A DNA stretch of 64,000 bases from Felis catus (taxonomy: Eukaryota), in assembly GCF_018350175.1 (NCBI RefSeq), contig NC_058368.1, positions 189,722,001 to 189,786,000 of the forward strand. Direction: 5' to 3'. This document shows, piece after piece, positions 46,672-59,787 of the stretch (its first letter is position 1; every line of letters starts with the position of its first letter). Made by a program: the position numbers and the translations under genes. A model generated the notes under the pieces. The model had not been told where the DNA came from, did no database searches, and worked only from the letters and a program-made list of their open reading frames with translations.

Positions 46672-48077
46672 AATTGCTGAGATACATTTCTCACCTCTTC
46701 ATATCTTTTGCCACCTATTTGGTAAAAAATCTAAAAGATCAATGACATATTCTGTACAGATACTTGGGGGAAACAGATTCTTTCATTCCTTGATAATGGG
46801 AAGGCAAAATGATACAACCTCTATAGAGGTGAATTAGCAATATATTGAAAGTTTTCATTTTCTCTTTAACCCAGAAATCCCACTTCCAAGTATCTATCCC
46901 AAAATAACACTTATGAAGTATGGAAAATTGTATGCATATTTTGCCAAGTGTAAACTGGCATTATTTGGAATAGCAAAAAAATGGAAACAACCCAAAAGTT
47001 CACCAGTAGGGAGCTGGCTGCATAAATAATAGTACGTGCCTACAGTGGAGTTCCCTAAGCTGTGAAAATGCTGTGAAGTGATCTCCAAAGTATAACAATG
47101 AGTAAGAAAGCAAAGCAGAGAAAACTTCTTTTAGTAAACTCCTGTTCAAATACATACATACTTACACAGACACTATGTCTATGTATAATGCTTACATACA
47201 TTTAAAACACATTGTTACCTATTTAGGAGGGACAAAACAGGGTAGAGGTGATAGATGACAAACTAGACTTCCAAATATAATTTGTTTTGTAGATTTGACT
47301 TTCAACCATATAAATATCAAATGATTAACTAACAAAAATAAAAACAAAAGCACTCCCAAAGAAACAGAAACAAATAAAACAAAAGCTAACCGTATATTGA
47401 AAAATTATTTCACGTGACTTAAAACATAGTAATTTGACCATATATCCCTGGTGGAGAAAAAGAACTGCAAATACTTCCTTAAACTATTTTTAAAAATCAT
47501 ATTGTTAGCAATAATATTGCTATGATTATCCTGAAACTATTATACTCATGGTAGAATAAAGCAAACACATAACTGTTGATAGGAACCAAGATTTTCAGAA
47601 TAAGAGAAAAGAAAATCAAATATATAAACCAAAGAAGTTAAGTAATATGCTGTAATAATAAACTTTGAATTATTATGAACTCATAATGTCTTTCTTCTTT
47701 AAACAAAAAGTATTTCCAAGCTCTTTCCACTGAAAAGTCCTAGAAACAATAAATCCAATAGTAATGAGTACTTCCAATCTTCAGATTGTGGCCTCTAAAT
47801 ATCATCTCCTTAAAAAAATGGCCAAATCCAGGTTGGGATGGGAAATATAAAAGATACCCTGCATAACTTGTCATAATAAAAAACAAGGAAGCAACAACAA
47901 AAAAAGTCTAGCATGAAGTCAAAATGACTCAGAAACCATAGTGAAAAAACTCCCCCTGGCCAAAGTTGGGATAATTTGAACATCAAAATGAATGGTAACA
48001 ATAGTAACTGATTAAAATAAGTCAAATGTATTAAACTCCAGGAGTTCATTTTTTAAAATTAAAAAAAGAAAAGGTGG

Positions 48078-48280
48078 GGGGCACCTGGGTGGCTCAGTAT
48101 GTTGAGCATCCAACCCTGGCTCAGGTCATGATCTTGTGGTTGGAGGGTTCAAGCCCTGCATCAGGCTCTGTGCTGACAGCTTGGAGCCCGCTTCAGATTA
48201 TGGGTCTCCCTTCTATGCTTCTCCCCCACTTGCACTCTGTCTCCGTCTCTCTCAAAAATAAATAAATATTAGTAAAAACA
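48078..48280 (+). mobile_element. CanSINE
   Basis: GGGGCACCTGGGTGGCTCAG head, GTTCAAGCCC B-box and AATAAATAAA tail. Confidence 0.92.
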
Positions 48281-48594
48281 ATTTTTTTAAAGCTTCTTAT
48301 TTTTGAAAGATGCTAGGGAATGAACTAATTATTCTCATCACTGGTGAATAGAGAGAGTATCAAGCATTTATCCTTGTTCTCAGAGTTTCCAAATAGTTGA
48401 TGAGAGAAAAATTTCTCTTTAGAAAAGAATTCCAGTTAAATGGAGAAAGAATGATAGAATTAGACCATGACCATCTTTGCCAACCCTAAATGAAATAATG
48501 GATCTAGGCAGTAATCATCATTGGCAGCTAGTATTACCATGGAAGAAGACAACCTCTCACTATATGCCTCTCAATGGAAATTCCCAACACCACC

Positions 48595-49815
48595 TATATT
48601 AGTTTTCTAGGGCTGTCACAATAAAGTACCACAAACTGGCTGGCTTAAAAACAGAAATGTATTTTCTAACAGATCTAGAGGCTAGAAGGGTGAAATCACA
48701 GTGTCAGCAGGTTTGGTTTCTTCTAAAGCCCCTCTCTCATCTTGGCCTGTAGATAGCCATCTTCTTATATCTTCACATGGCCTTCCCTCTGTAACTGTGT
48801 CCAAATTTCCTCCTTTTACAAGGACAGCAGTCATAGGTTAGGGCCCATCCATATAGCTTTATTTTATTTTATTTTTCCTTATTATTTTTTTAATGTGTAC
48901 ATTTTTTAATGAAATTTATTGTCAAATTGGTTTCCATACAATACCCAGTGCTCATCCCAACAGGTGCCCTCCTCAATACCCATCACCCCCCCTCCCCTCC
49001 CTCCCACCCCCCATCAACCCTCAGTTTGTTCTCAGTTTTTAAGAGTCTCTTATGTTTTGGCTCTCTCCCTCTCTAACTTTTTTTTTTCCCTTCCCCTCCC
49101 CCATGGTCTTCTGTTAAGTTTCTCAGGATCCACATAGGAGTGAAAACATATGGTATCTGTTTTTTCCCTGTATGACTTATTTCACTTAGCATAACACTCT
49201 CCAGTTCCATCCACGTTGCTACAAAAGGCCATATTTCATTCTTTCTCATTGCCACGTAGTATTCCATTGTGTATATAAACCACAATTTCTTTATCCATTC
49301 ATCAGTTGATGGGCATTTAGGCTCTTTCCATAATTTGGCTATTGTTGAAAGTGCTGCTATAAACATTGGGTACAAGAGCCCCTAGGCATCAGCACTCCTG
49401 TATCCCTTGGGTAAATTCGTAGCAGCAGTGTTATTGCTGGGTCATAGAGTGTATCTATTTTTAATTTTTTGAGGAACCTCCACACTGTTTTCCAGAGTGG
49501 CTGCACCAGTTTGCATTCCCACCAATGCAAGAGGGTTCCTGTTTCTCCACATCCTCGCCAGCATCTATAGTCTCCTGATTTGTTCATTTTGGCCACTCTG
49601 ACTGGTGTGAGGTGGTATCTGAGTGTGGTTTTGATTTGTATTTCCCTGATGAAAAGCGACGTTGAGCATCTTTTCATGTGCCTGTTGGCCCTAATAGCCT
49701 CATTTTAAATAAATTACCTCTTTAGAGACCCTGTATCCAAATACAGTCACATTCTGAGGTACTGGGGATTATGACTTCCACACAGGGATTTGGGGGAGAC
49801 GGTTAGCCCATAATA
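48595..49815 (-). mobile_element. MaLR LTR (MLT1A/B-like) split by a young L1 (pieces about 48595-48860 and 49690-49815)
   Basis: TATTAGTTTTCTAGGGCTG..AAAGTACCACAAACTGG and, after the L1, CCAAATACAGTCACATTCTGAGGTACTGGGG..GCCCATAATA. Confidence 0.85.
48865..49690 (-). mobile_element. 5'-truncated felid L1 (ORF2 C-terminus, 3' UTR and poly-A)
   Basis: ORFs 49357-49677 and 49073-49375 translate to the L1 ORF2 C-terminus ([63 protein letters not shown]); carnivore-type 3' UTR; frameshifted. Confidence 0.93.
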
Positions 49816-50033
49816 TCACTCATTAAATATTCTTGCCAAAAACTAGAATCCAAATCACATCAAGTCTCCAGAACTAAATATCAGTTTACAGAGAACACAG
49901 GGAGAAGAGAAACATGTCATACAACACAATAAGAATGCAATCAGCAAAAACCAGAATTTGGAAAACTCCAAACTTTCCAGGCAATTGACGGATGTGTTTC
50001 TGCAAAAAATACACTGCAAAAACAAAAGAAATT

Positions 50034-50161
50034 GGGGAGCACCTGGGTGGCTCAGTCAGTTAAGCCACCGACTCTTGATTTCAGCTCAAGTCATGATCTC
50101 ATGGTTTGTGGGATTGAGCTGCAGGTGGGGCTCCATGTTAACAGTGCAGAGCCAGCTTAGG

Positions 50162-50214
<53 letters not shown>

Positions 50215-50486
50215 GCCCTTCTTCTGCTCTCTCTCTCAAAATAAAGAAATAAACTTAAAAAAAAAAAGAGGAGCTCAGTCCAACAAGCGTCCAACTTCGG
50301 CTCAGGTCATGATCTCACAATTTGTGAGTTTGAGCCCAGCTTCAGGCTCTGGGCTGACAGCGCAGAGCCTAGAGCCTGCTTCAGATTCCGTGTCTTCTTC
50401 CTTCTCTGTCCCTCCCCTGCTTGCAGTCTGTCTCTGTCTCTCTCTCTCTTTCTCTCTTAAAAATAAACATTAAAAAAAAGAAAGAA
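50034..50486 (+). mobile_element. Two tandem CanSINEs (50034-50267 with long (CT)n; 50273-50486 slightly 5'-truncated)
   Basis: Two heads, B-boxes, CT regions and A-tails in series. Confidence 0.92.
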
Positions 50487-51867
50487 AGAGGGAAGGGGGT
50501 TACCTACAGGTTACCAGAGACTTAAGAAATTATGAATCAAAGCTGTCTATGCACCTCATATGGATCCTAACAACTTTTTAATGACAATTTTTTAAAGATG
50601 AATTTATGAGATAATTGGGAAATTTGAACATTGACTGATTCTGAATATTTTTACAATATTAAGGAATTATTATTATTTTTAGGTGTGATAATAGTATTGT
50701 GGGTATGGTTTTTTAAAACAATCTTTGTCTTTTAAAGATACATATTGAAATACTTACAAATGGGTGATATGAAATCAGGGATTTATTTCAAAATAATACA
50801 GTGGAGAAGGAGGCTAAGAGAGTATAAATGAAACAAGAGTGGCAATGAACTAATGATTATATCTGAGTGGTAGGTACACTGGGCTTTATTATATCATGCT
50901 CTTGATTTTGGGGTATGTTTGAAGTTTTCCATAATGAAAAGAAATAAATGAATGAATGGATAAGTGGTCATACCAGGCATCCTACTGGGCAAGAGCAAAC
51001 CAACTGGGATGAAAATAGGTAACACTAATGTACTAAAGGAAGTAATTGGAAGTAAAATGTGATTAATGAACAATTGCAGCTACCCTTTGTAAAATGTTAG
51101 CTAGACTCCACAAAAGAAACATTATCTGTCTGTATGTAAAATCACAAATCTCGACTGTTTTTCCTCTTTATAACATATCTGGAGCAGGGGGGAAATTGGG
51201 TTATTTCACAAATAGAGAACTTAAGACTCAAAGATGCCTGAAACCACAAGCTGGTGAAGACCTGAGACAAACCAGCACCCATGACTTTGGGCTACAACTG
51301 GTTGCACTTTTCCTTTACCACTTACCCTACTCTGCCTCTCCGGTCCAAACAAAATGAGAGAGGGACAGCCACTTGAGTCCATAGAATTTTCTTTCTTTGT
51401 TCTTAAGGAAAGTTGTTTTAACAGTTTACCTTGCTTTGTCCTCTATTAGTGCTATTTATTTTTTTAAAGGTATTTAAAATAGTCCTTATCTAACAGAAAT
51501 GTTTGTAGTCACATTTCTTCACTTCTACAGTAATGAATATAAAATCTCTCCTTTATGCCCATGGTGACATAGTTTGAACTATGACAACAACAGGGAGAAT
51601 ATGAAGGAAACAGAGATCATATGGAAAATACTCCTGCACTACTGATCTTCTGCTGTGAGTTTCAGGTATTCCTCCATGGCAAAATGATATTCCTCAGACA
51701 TGACTCACATGCACAGTATCTCAAACAAAATGGCACCCACCTTTCTCATTTGGAGAGGTTTTATTTCCATTTTTTTAATTTTTATTACACTCTTCTTAGT
51801 AATGTGGGGAGGTAGACTCCATTTCAGAAAGATTTCCATCAAGACAGATAAAAATGAAAGGTTCACC

Positions 51868-52087
51868 AGAAACAGACTCTTAACCATAGAGAACAAACTG
51901 ATGGTTATCAGAGGGGAGGGGATGGGGGGTGGGTTAAATCGGTCATGGGAATTAAGGAAGGTGCTTGCTGTGATAAGCACTGGCTGTTGTACAGAAGTGT
52001 TAAATTGTTGTATTGTATACCTGAAACTAATATTACACTGTATGTTAACTAACTGGAATTAAAATAAAAACTGAAAAAAAAAAAAAA
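51868..52087 (+). mobile_element. Short 5'-truncated carnivore L1 3' end
   Basis: AAACAGACTCTTAAC..GAGAACAAACTGATGGTT..CCTGAAACTAATATTACACTGTATGTTAACT, then poly(A); TSD AAAGGTT(C/T)ACC at 51857-51867 / 52088-52098. Confidence 0.9.
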
Positions 52088-54425
52088 AAAGGTTTACCCC
52101 ATGAAGCTGAAGCCTGTCTTCCCTGGCTTGCCTGGCTACAACCAGGCATTACTCAAGCTATGAATGTCACCTTCTCTCTCTCCCCAGATTTTTAACTCCC
52201 TCTGAATATCAGGAAAAGAGCTGAGGTGGGCATTAGTGATTTGTCCTTTTTGGAATCACCCTCTTGACACTGCTCTTTCAAGCTACTTGTTCTCTGGCCA
52301 CTTCTCTCTCCACAAAGGTGGTGGGGGGAGGTCTGGAGAGAGGGACCCTTACTTCCCTTTATGAATCCACCTAAAGCCCAAAGGACTGGGGATAGAGGGG
52401 TGCGAAAGGGCCTTTTGATTTGGTCTCCCATTCATGAAAGGACTAAAATTTGTCTTTAAAGTTATTTCCAAATGAGGTCATCTATAAAGATAGAAAGATA
52501 GGCTGGCAGGACTGGAAGATACTGATGCTCACCTTGCAGATTTAGGCTTGTGTCCTAACCTCTGAGCTACAGTGTCCAGAATGTGCAATACATGTACTGT
52601 GTAATTACCCTGTGAAGAGAACAGTTTTATTGCTCACATTTGTATGTGTGTTGCAAAGCATTCATTTGTTGTATGTAAATGTTTAAAGCATACCACAATA
52701 TTTTGCAAACACATTTTGTAATTTCCTTATTTTTTAATACACCAGTGGCCTCAAAAAATGAAAGTGGCCCTGGCCTCCCTTGATGTTTGAAGGGCCTTGA
52801 GAAGGGAAAGAGGAAGACGAGGTGTGGTAATAATAGTCACAACAGTTAACATATACTGAGCACTTTTATGTGCTAGGCACTGCCAGGAGTCCTAATTTAA
52901 TTTACATTAACTAGCACATTAATTGACATGTACTAATTCTTTTAATCCTCACCTATGAGGTAGGTATTATCTTCATTGAACAATAAGAAAATTAAGGCAC
53001 AGTTGATAATTAGCTGTGTATCAAACTTCACTGAGGGGTTAAAAGAAGCAAAAGGGAATTAAAGAGTATGAAGAAAATAGTGTAAAACTATATGTACTAA
53101 GTATGACTTTTTGTGGTTAAAGGGGAAAGCACCTAAGAGGTTAAATCCTTCATAAAGAGAGCCTTCTTTCTGGAAGCTCCCAGATCCTCACCTTGTTTCT
53201 GGATCCCCGTATTCTCAGATGAGAGCACCGTCTTTCTCTCTATTCTGGAAAATTTCACTCATCCTCACAAGGGCTGTTCTTGCCCCCAGGGTCATCCCTC
53301 TTCCTCAACCAGGTGATGTGTTCACCATAGGTGAAATATCTCAAAGTCTGGCTTACTAAGTCTAGAATAACACTCAGAAATTTGTCCAGAGGTGGGTAGT
53401 AGAGGGGGGAGTTGTTGGTACTCCAAGTGTCCTGTCCTCTTTGGTGTCTCTCTGACACAATAGGTGACAGTTAAAGATCTTTATTCTATCTTGGCCTGTC
53501 AATAACTGTTGTATCTACTTGTATCTTCCAAATATTGGCATTAATTGTCAGAAGCAGTTAAGTATAAACCAACCCATAGGGATATACAGCATCATCTCTA
53601 AACACTTCATAATTTACAAATACATCTTTCTCAGCAAGGGAGTCAGTGCTTTAGATTACTATGTTTTGTTTGTTTGGTTCACTGACCCCTCCAATCAAAT
53701 TAGGTTCCCCTGGGCATAAATGCCTGGGAGAGATGGGCAGTGAGTGGGTGAGGGTACACAGGCTTAGGTCTTCCACCACAATATCAATAAGGTTGTCTTT
53801 TTTAACACACTTCCTCTACATTCTAAGTGACCAATAAAAGACTGTGGTTGATAGTCTTTGGTCACATTTTACCCTAGCACCAAAAGCATTCACTAAGAGT
53901 TCCCTGAGGGCCTGGCTGTTATTAAACATTGTATAACTACTTTCTTTGAGCCAAGTACCAGGGCCTGGCCCTCACCCAGCTAAGCGGTGAGAAATCTCAT
54001 GTTAATGTTTCATTATGGTAAACATTACTTGGAGCTGACCCAAGCAAAGGAAGAAATGGGTACTATAAACAATTCAAAGTCATTTTTAGAATGAAAGCAA
54101 GCAATTCTCTGTGAATTGTTCCTAATGCCCAGAATAACAAGCTAAGTTCTCCAAAGCACTTTTATACCTACTACATTGTTTCAATCTCACAATTACGCAG
54201 AAAGGTTGTTAGATTTGGCTTGACTACCTACATTCAATAGACCAGGAAATTGAGACTTGTGAGTTTAAGTGATTGGGCAAAGTCACCCAGCTAATTAATC
54301 ATAAAGCAAAGCTTGTTTCCTGACAACTTAGTCCAACTCTTGCCAAAGCACTGACATTTGCCCTCTTTGTATCTGTAAAGTATTTCACAGTTATTCCTCC
54401 TGTACATTTCCATAGCCATCTTTTT

Positions 54426-54638
54426 CTTTTTAATTTTTTAGTGTTTATTTATTTTTCAGAGAAAGACAAATCATGAGCAGGAGAGGGGCAGAGAGAGAGG
54501 GAGACAGAGAATCCGAAGCAGGCTCTGGGCTCTGAGCTGTCAGCACAGAGTCCGACGCGGGGCTCAAACCTACAAACTGTGAGATCATGACCTGAGCCAA
54601 AGTCAGACACTTAACCGACTGAACCACCCCGGAGACCC
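54426..54638 (-). mobile_element. SINEC_Fc-type SINE
   Basis: TSD ATAG(C/G)CATCTTTTT at about 54412-54425 / 54642-54655. Confidence 0.94.
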
Positions 54639-54671
54639 TATATAGGCATCTTTTTAAACTCATTTAATCCC

Positions 54672-55005
54672 TGTGATAATTAATTTTATGTGTCAACCTG
54701 ACTGGGCTAAAGGAGGCCCACCACAGCTGGTAAAACACTATTTCTGGGTGTATCTGTGAGGATGTTTCCAAAAGAGATTAGCATTTGAACTGATGAATGG
54801 GTAAGCAGATGGCCCTCTCCAATGTGGGTGGGCATCATCCAATCCACTGAGAGCTCAAATAGAATAAAAAGGTAGAAAAAGAGCAGATTTACTCTTCCTC
54901 CCTGTGAGCCATGATATCTGTTTTACCGGGCCCTTGGACATCAGCACTCCTTCCTGGATCTCGGGCCTTCAGACTTGAACTCTTAAACTAGGAATTACAC
55001 CATCA
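54672..55005 (+). mobile_element. ERVL LTR (MLT2C/D-like), 3'-truncated
   Basis: TGTGAT..TTAATTTTATGTGTCAACCTGACTGGGCTA, TTTCTGGGTGTATCTGTGAGGATGTTTCC..GAGATTAGCATTTGAA and CAATGTGGGTGGGCATCATCCAATC. Confidence 0.88.
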
Positions 55006-55169
55006 CCCTCCCTCTGCCACCTCCTTTGGTAGGTTCAGTGTTGTTTTAATCAAGAATACAAGTTTGAGACACTGGAATGATCTCTGAAACAAAAGTGCTC
55101 CAATGGAAGGAGACAAAAGTTCTTCATGTAAACCAGGAGCCAGCAATAATTCTAGTCATTGTTATTAAC

Positions 55170-56210
55170 TTAGATGTAACATGAAAATCACATGTAACCA
55201 AAGAAAAAAATGATAAATTGGACTTCATCAAAACAAAAAACTTTTGTGCGTCAAAGGCACTATCAAAAAAACGAAAAGACAAATCACAGAATAGGAGAAA
55301 ATAATTGCAAATCATTTACCTGATAAGAGACATAAATGAAATATATAAAGAACTGTTACAATTCAACAGTAAAAAGACAATTCAATTAAAGTATGACTTG
55401 AATAGACAATTCCCAAAGAAGATACATGAATGGCATACAAGCACACAAAAAGATGTTCAACATCATTAGCCATCAGGGAAACACAAATCAAAGCCACAAT
55501 GAGATACCACTACATACCTATTGGAATGGCTGTAATCAAATGCTAACAAGGATATGAAGAAATTTGAGCCCCTCATACATTTCTGCTGGGAACATAAAAT
55601 GGTGCAACCACTTTGGAAGACATTCTGGCAGTTCCTCTAAAAGTTAAACATAGAATTACCATATGACCTCATAATTCCACTCCTAGCTATATACTCAAGA
55701 GAGTTGAAAACATATCCACACAGAAGTTTGTACACAAATGTTCATAGCAACATGACTCAAAGTAGACAAAATGTGGAAAGAATGTACATCAACTGATGCA
55801 TAAATAAAATATGGTATATCCATATAATGGAATAATAGCCTTAAAGGAGGAATGAAATACTAATATATACTACAAATGGACGAACCTTGAAAACATCATG
55901 TGTAGCTTAAGAAGCAGACACAGAAAGCCACATATTGTATGATTCTATGTATATTAAATGTCCACAATGGGCAAATTTATAGAGAGGAAAGTACATTAGT
56001 GGTTGTTAGGAGCTAGAAGGAGATGGTGACGGAAGGTAAGTGAGTGCTAATGACTGTGGATTTGGGGTGGGAGGAGGGACTGATGATAATGTTCTGAAAT
56101 TAGATAGTGGCTTGTTTGCATACCTTGTGAATTTATGAAAAATCACTGAATTCACACCTTAAAAGAGTGGATACATACCATGTGAGTTATATGTCAATTT
56201 TTTTAAAAAG
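55170..56210 (+). mobile_element. L1MB-type ORF2 end and 3' UTR
   Basis: GATAAATTGGACTTCATCAAAA, AAAGATGTTCAACATCATTAG, AAGTTAAACATAGAATTACCATATGACC and TGTTCTGAAATTAGATAGTGG. Confidence 0.88.
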
Positions 56211-56712
56211 CGTAACTTCTGGCTTCTTGTGGTACTACATTAAAGGAAACAAATAAATCACTTAATTCAGGGCACCTAAGCCCATCATCAGGGAGCCAAG
56301 GAGAGAAAAGAACAATGTTCATAAAGTCACCAGGGAGATCAGACTGGGTGTTATGACTCCAAACATATTCTAGTAGCAGTCCATGTCAGTCTCTAGGGAA
56401 TTTGCATTCATGCTTCATACCATGACTAGCCCCAAAGTAAAACTGTGGCCTTAAGATCAAGGTGATCTCATTTGTCATTTAAGCTCCATCTTGCCATCTT
56501 TCAGATGTTTCTTCTTCAATATCATAAAGAATGAAGATCAAGTTTATGACTCTTCCTCAGATAACTGAACTCAAGTCAATTTAACACATTTTACTGAGTA
56601 CCTGGGAAGTGGCAGACTCTTGCTACCCCAGGGAGTCAGCCGTGATCAGGATGGATGTTCCCCTCCCTTGATGAACTTTAAATTCTGATGTAAGAAACAG
56701 ATAATAAAAAAA

Positions 56713-57701
56713 TATTCTGGTTCTTCTTCAATGGTCCAATCCATTCCCAGTCCATTCAGTGGCCTTTTCCAGCCTTCTTTGCTTTCTGGAGAGGTGGGGT
56801 TGACCTCTGAATTACCTTAACCAGGCTGCCATGTACTAGTAGGAAAGAGATCAGGGTATTTCTTCTGTATTTCTCCCCCTGCCTCAGCCCCATGGTTCTG
56901 GCAGTATATTTCAATTACTGTATCTCCTGTAGGACAGATCTTCCTCCACAGTGCCAGATCTCATTAGAAATTCTATTTTTTCCCTTCGTCTTTTTGTACT
57001 GAAGCATATGTAGTAGATTATCTGCAAAGACAGCTACTAGTGATTCATCTCAACTCTATATGAACATGCTCTCCTCCCCTTAAAAGGTAGTATCTATTTC
57101 ACCTTCCCTTCAAGATGCATTTGCCTCACAACTTGCTTTGACCAGTAGAATGTAGCAAATGGGATGTTTGGTCAAGTTCTTAAAAGGCTTGGTAGCTTCC
57201 ATTTTGACTTTCTTGGGATCTAGCCACCTATTAACAGCTCAGGCTAATTATGAAATGAGAGACCCCATGGAAAGAGAGCCAAGCCTAGCTCACCCCATAC
57301 CATTCCAGTCACTCTAGCACAGGTACCAGCTATGTAAGTGAACCCATCCTGGATCCTCACCCAGCACCACTTGAGTTGCCCCAGAGAACTCCACCAAGTG
57401 CAGAGTGGATAAGCCATTTCCACCAAGCCCTGTGCAAATTGAAGAACTATGAGAAAACAAATGGTGATTGTTTTTTTAAGACACTAAATTGTGTGGCAAT
57501 TTGCTACACAGCAATAAATAATTGAAACTGATGGTAATGGCTCCTCACCACTGCAAGTTCCAAGTGCTTTGACATCCTTATTAATACACTTAACCCTGAT
57601 CTTGACTCCATAAATGGTCTGTTTGCTTCATTCTTTTCAATTAAACCTTTTCAAGTTAAGTTCTGTTTTCTGTTCTAAGTTCTGTGGCCCTGCCTAATAC
57701 A
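56713..57701 (+). mobile_element. LTR33-like ERVL LTR containing an MLT1 LTR (about 57008-57530), both within an antisense L2
   Basis: LTR33-like GATGGTAATGGCT..CTTAACCCTG..CCCTGCCTAATACA; MLT1 from TGTAGTAGATTATCTGCAAAGA to GCTACACAGCAATAAATAATTGAAAC; L2 on both sides. Confidence 0.6.
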
Positions 57702-57959
57702 AGTAAGTAAATAGACAATCACAGATTCTTGTTGATACCAAGACGAAAATAAGCAGGCTGCTGCGACAGGGGATGACAGAATAGAGAATTCTTCCCATTA
57801 GGCTGAGTGTTTTGAGTTGGAAAAGAAACAAACAATGGGAATAGCACTCTTGGCCATGCCTGCCTTCTATCTTCCAATATACTTGAAAGTGCAGTTTTGA
57901 GGGATGTGAGCCATACTGACCTAGAAAAACAGGACTGAAAAATGGGGGAAATGTTAAAA

Positions 57960-59290
57960 GAGACTTTTATACAAGGTATGAAAGTATAGGTTTATCTCAG
58001 TTAGAACTACTTTGAAATTAAGGCAACATGTCTTTATCAGTCTAATGGGCAAACATTCAAAGGAGCAGCAGAATCTCGTGCTATGAGGATGTGACAAAAT
58101 AGGCTTTTCAATATGTTGCTCAGTGAGAGTGAGAACTGCTATAATCTCTTTGGTATACAATCTGCCAATATCCAATTAAATAAAAAAAAAACACTTATCT
58201 TTCCCTACTCCCACTTTTTTTAAAAGTTTATTTATTTTATTTTGAGAGAGAGACTGCACAGAGGAGAGGGGCAGAGAAAGAGGGAGAGAGAGGGTCCACA
58301 CTGTCAGCTCAGAATGTGATTCAGGGCTCGAATTCATGGAACCTTGAGATCACAACCTGAGCTGAAATCAAGAGTCAGAGGCTCAACTGACTGAGCCACC
58401 CAGGTGCCCCCCTGTTCCCACTTTTGAGACTCTCTTCTAAACACCATATGTAAAGATAGAAGTACAAAGATATATTTTATTGTAACATTGTTTACAATGG
58501 CAAAAACAAAAAATAGAAACAACCTACCTACCCATCACCAGGAAAATGGTTCAATAAATTTTGGTGCATTCACATTAAGGAATTATACCAATATTTAAAA
58601 GAACGAGTTAGATCTGTATTTATTGAGCTGGAAGGATATCCATAATGTATTATTAAGCAGATATTTTAAAAAGCAAGCACTGTGTATAGCATGATCCTAA
58701 GGCAAAACCTGCATATATTCACATGTAATTGTTTATATCGTAAGCAAGGGAAGAGTGTGAAAAAGTACATATCAGGCTTTTAACAGGATTACCATAGTGG
58801 GGTGAAAATAAATGGTAAAGGATTAACTTTTCCTTACGTATTTTTGGATTGCTTCACTTGTTGAAATGAGGGTTTATAACTTTTGTCTTTAATTCTCCTG
58901 TTCCCACCCCCGTCCTTCCACCTCAAGCAACAACAGCTCTCATTTATTTCACTTTCGATTAATTTTGCCTGTTCTAGAATTTTATATAAATGGAGCCATA
59001 ACTTTTTGTGCCTGCCTGTGCCTTTTTGCTGTTATGTCTGTGAGGTTCATCCAGGCTGTTGTATATATTCATAGATCATTCCCTTCTATCACTAAATCAT
59101 ATTCCATTCAAATGACACATCACAACTTGCTTGTCCATATCCTATTGATGGACACTTGGATTGTTTCTAGATTTTGGCTATTGTGAATAAAGCTGCTATG
59201 AACACTCTTGCACAAGAATTTTGACATAATTTCCATTTCCCTTGGATAATTACCTAGGAATTGAATTGCTGGGTCAAGCAATAGATACAT
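57960..59290. mobile_element. Ancient L1ME fragments (plus about 57960-58870; minus about 58900-59290)
   Basis: GTAACATTGTTTACAATGGCAAAAA, GAATTTTATATAAATGGA and TTTTGGCTATTGTGAATAAAGCTGCTATGAACA. Confidence 0.7.
58219..58410 (-). mobile_element. Older CanSINE
   Basis: Ends CTGAGCCACCCAGGTGCCCC; TSD TCCCACTTTT on both sides. Confidence 0.92.
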
Positions 59291-59559
59291 GAGGATGTAT
59301 GAACATATTTTACTTTTCTAATTTAAACAACCTAATGAAAACATTTCAAAAAAATTGAAGAAAGAGAATGAATCTGTATTTTAAAAAGGTAATAATACTT
59401 GCTATCTTTTTTTCCACTCCTTTCCCTCCCAATTGGTGTTTGGGTCTGTCAGATTTTAGGCTTCCCAGGCCAGGTCAGTGACCCACCACTCTTCGGGGTG
59501 AATCATCAAAGATGGGGAAATTCTAATGTTATATCTTCCCAACAAGAACTGTGTTTAGA

Positions 59560-59787
59560 GGGGTACCTGGGTGGCTCAGGTGGTTAAGCTTCCAACTTCA
59601 GCTCAGGTCAGGATCTCAGGGCTTGTGAGTTCAAGCCCCTTATTGGGCTCTAGGCTGACACTTCAGAGCCTCGACCCTGCTTCAGATTCTGTGTCTCCCT
59701 CTGTCTCTGCCCCTTCCCTGTTTGCACTCTGTCTCTCTCTCTCTAAATAAATAATGAATAAATAAATAAATAAAATAAAATAAAAAA
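59560..59787 (+). mobile_element. CanSINE
   Basis: Head GGGGTACCTGGGTGGCTCAG; imperfect TSD AAGAA..TGTTTAGA. Confidence 0.92.

Larger units (their letters stand above)
46360..50945 (+). mobile_element. Old L1 3' region (L1MC/ME-type), fragmented by an LTR, a young L1 and SINEs
   Basis: AAAAGATGCTCCATCTT..GAGAAATGTGAATTAAAACAATGCTGAG, AAAAAATGGAAACAACCCAA, TTTTAGGTGTGATAATAGTATTGTGG and TATGTTTGAAGTTTTCCATAAT. Confidence 0.75.

Noticed and set aside
49073..49677. L1 ORF2-like peptides as an active gene
   Set aside because: This is a 5'-truncated, frameshifted L1 fragment with no endonuclease or reverse-transcriptase domain.
49958..50473. Longest ORF in the window (171 aa)
   Set aside because: It runs through two tandem CanSINEs and a (CT)n tract; the peptide is the generic SINE translation (AQVMIS..LEPASDSVS, SLSLSL).
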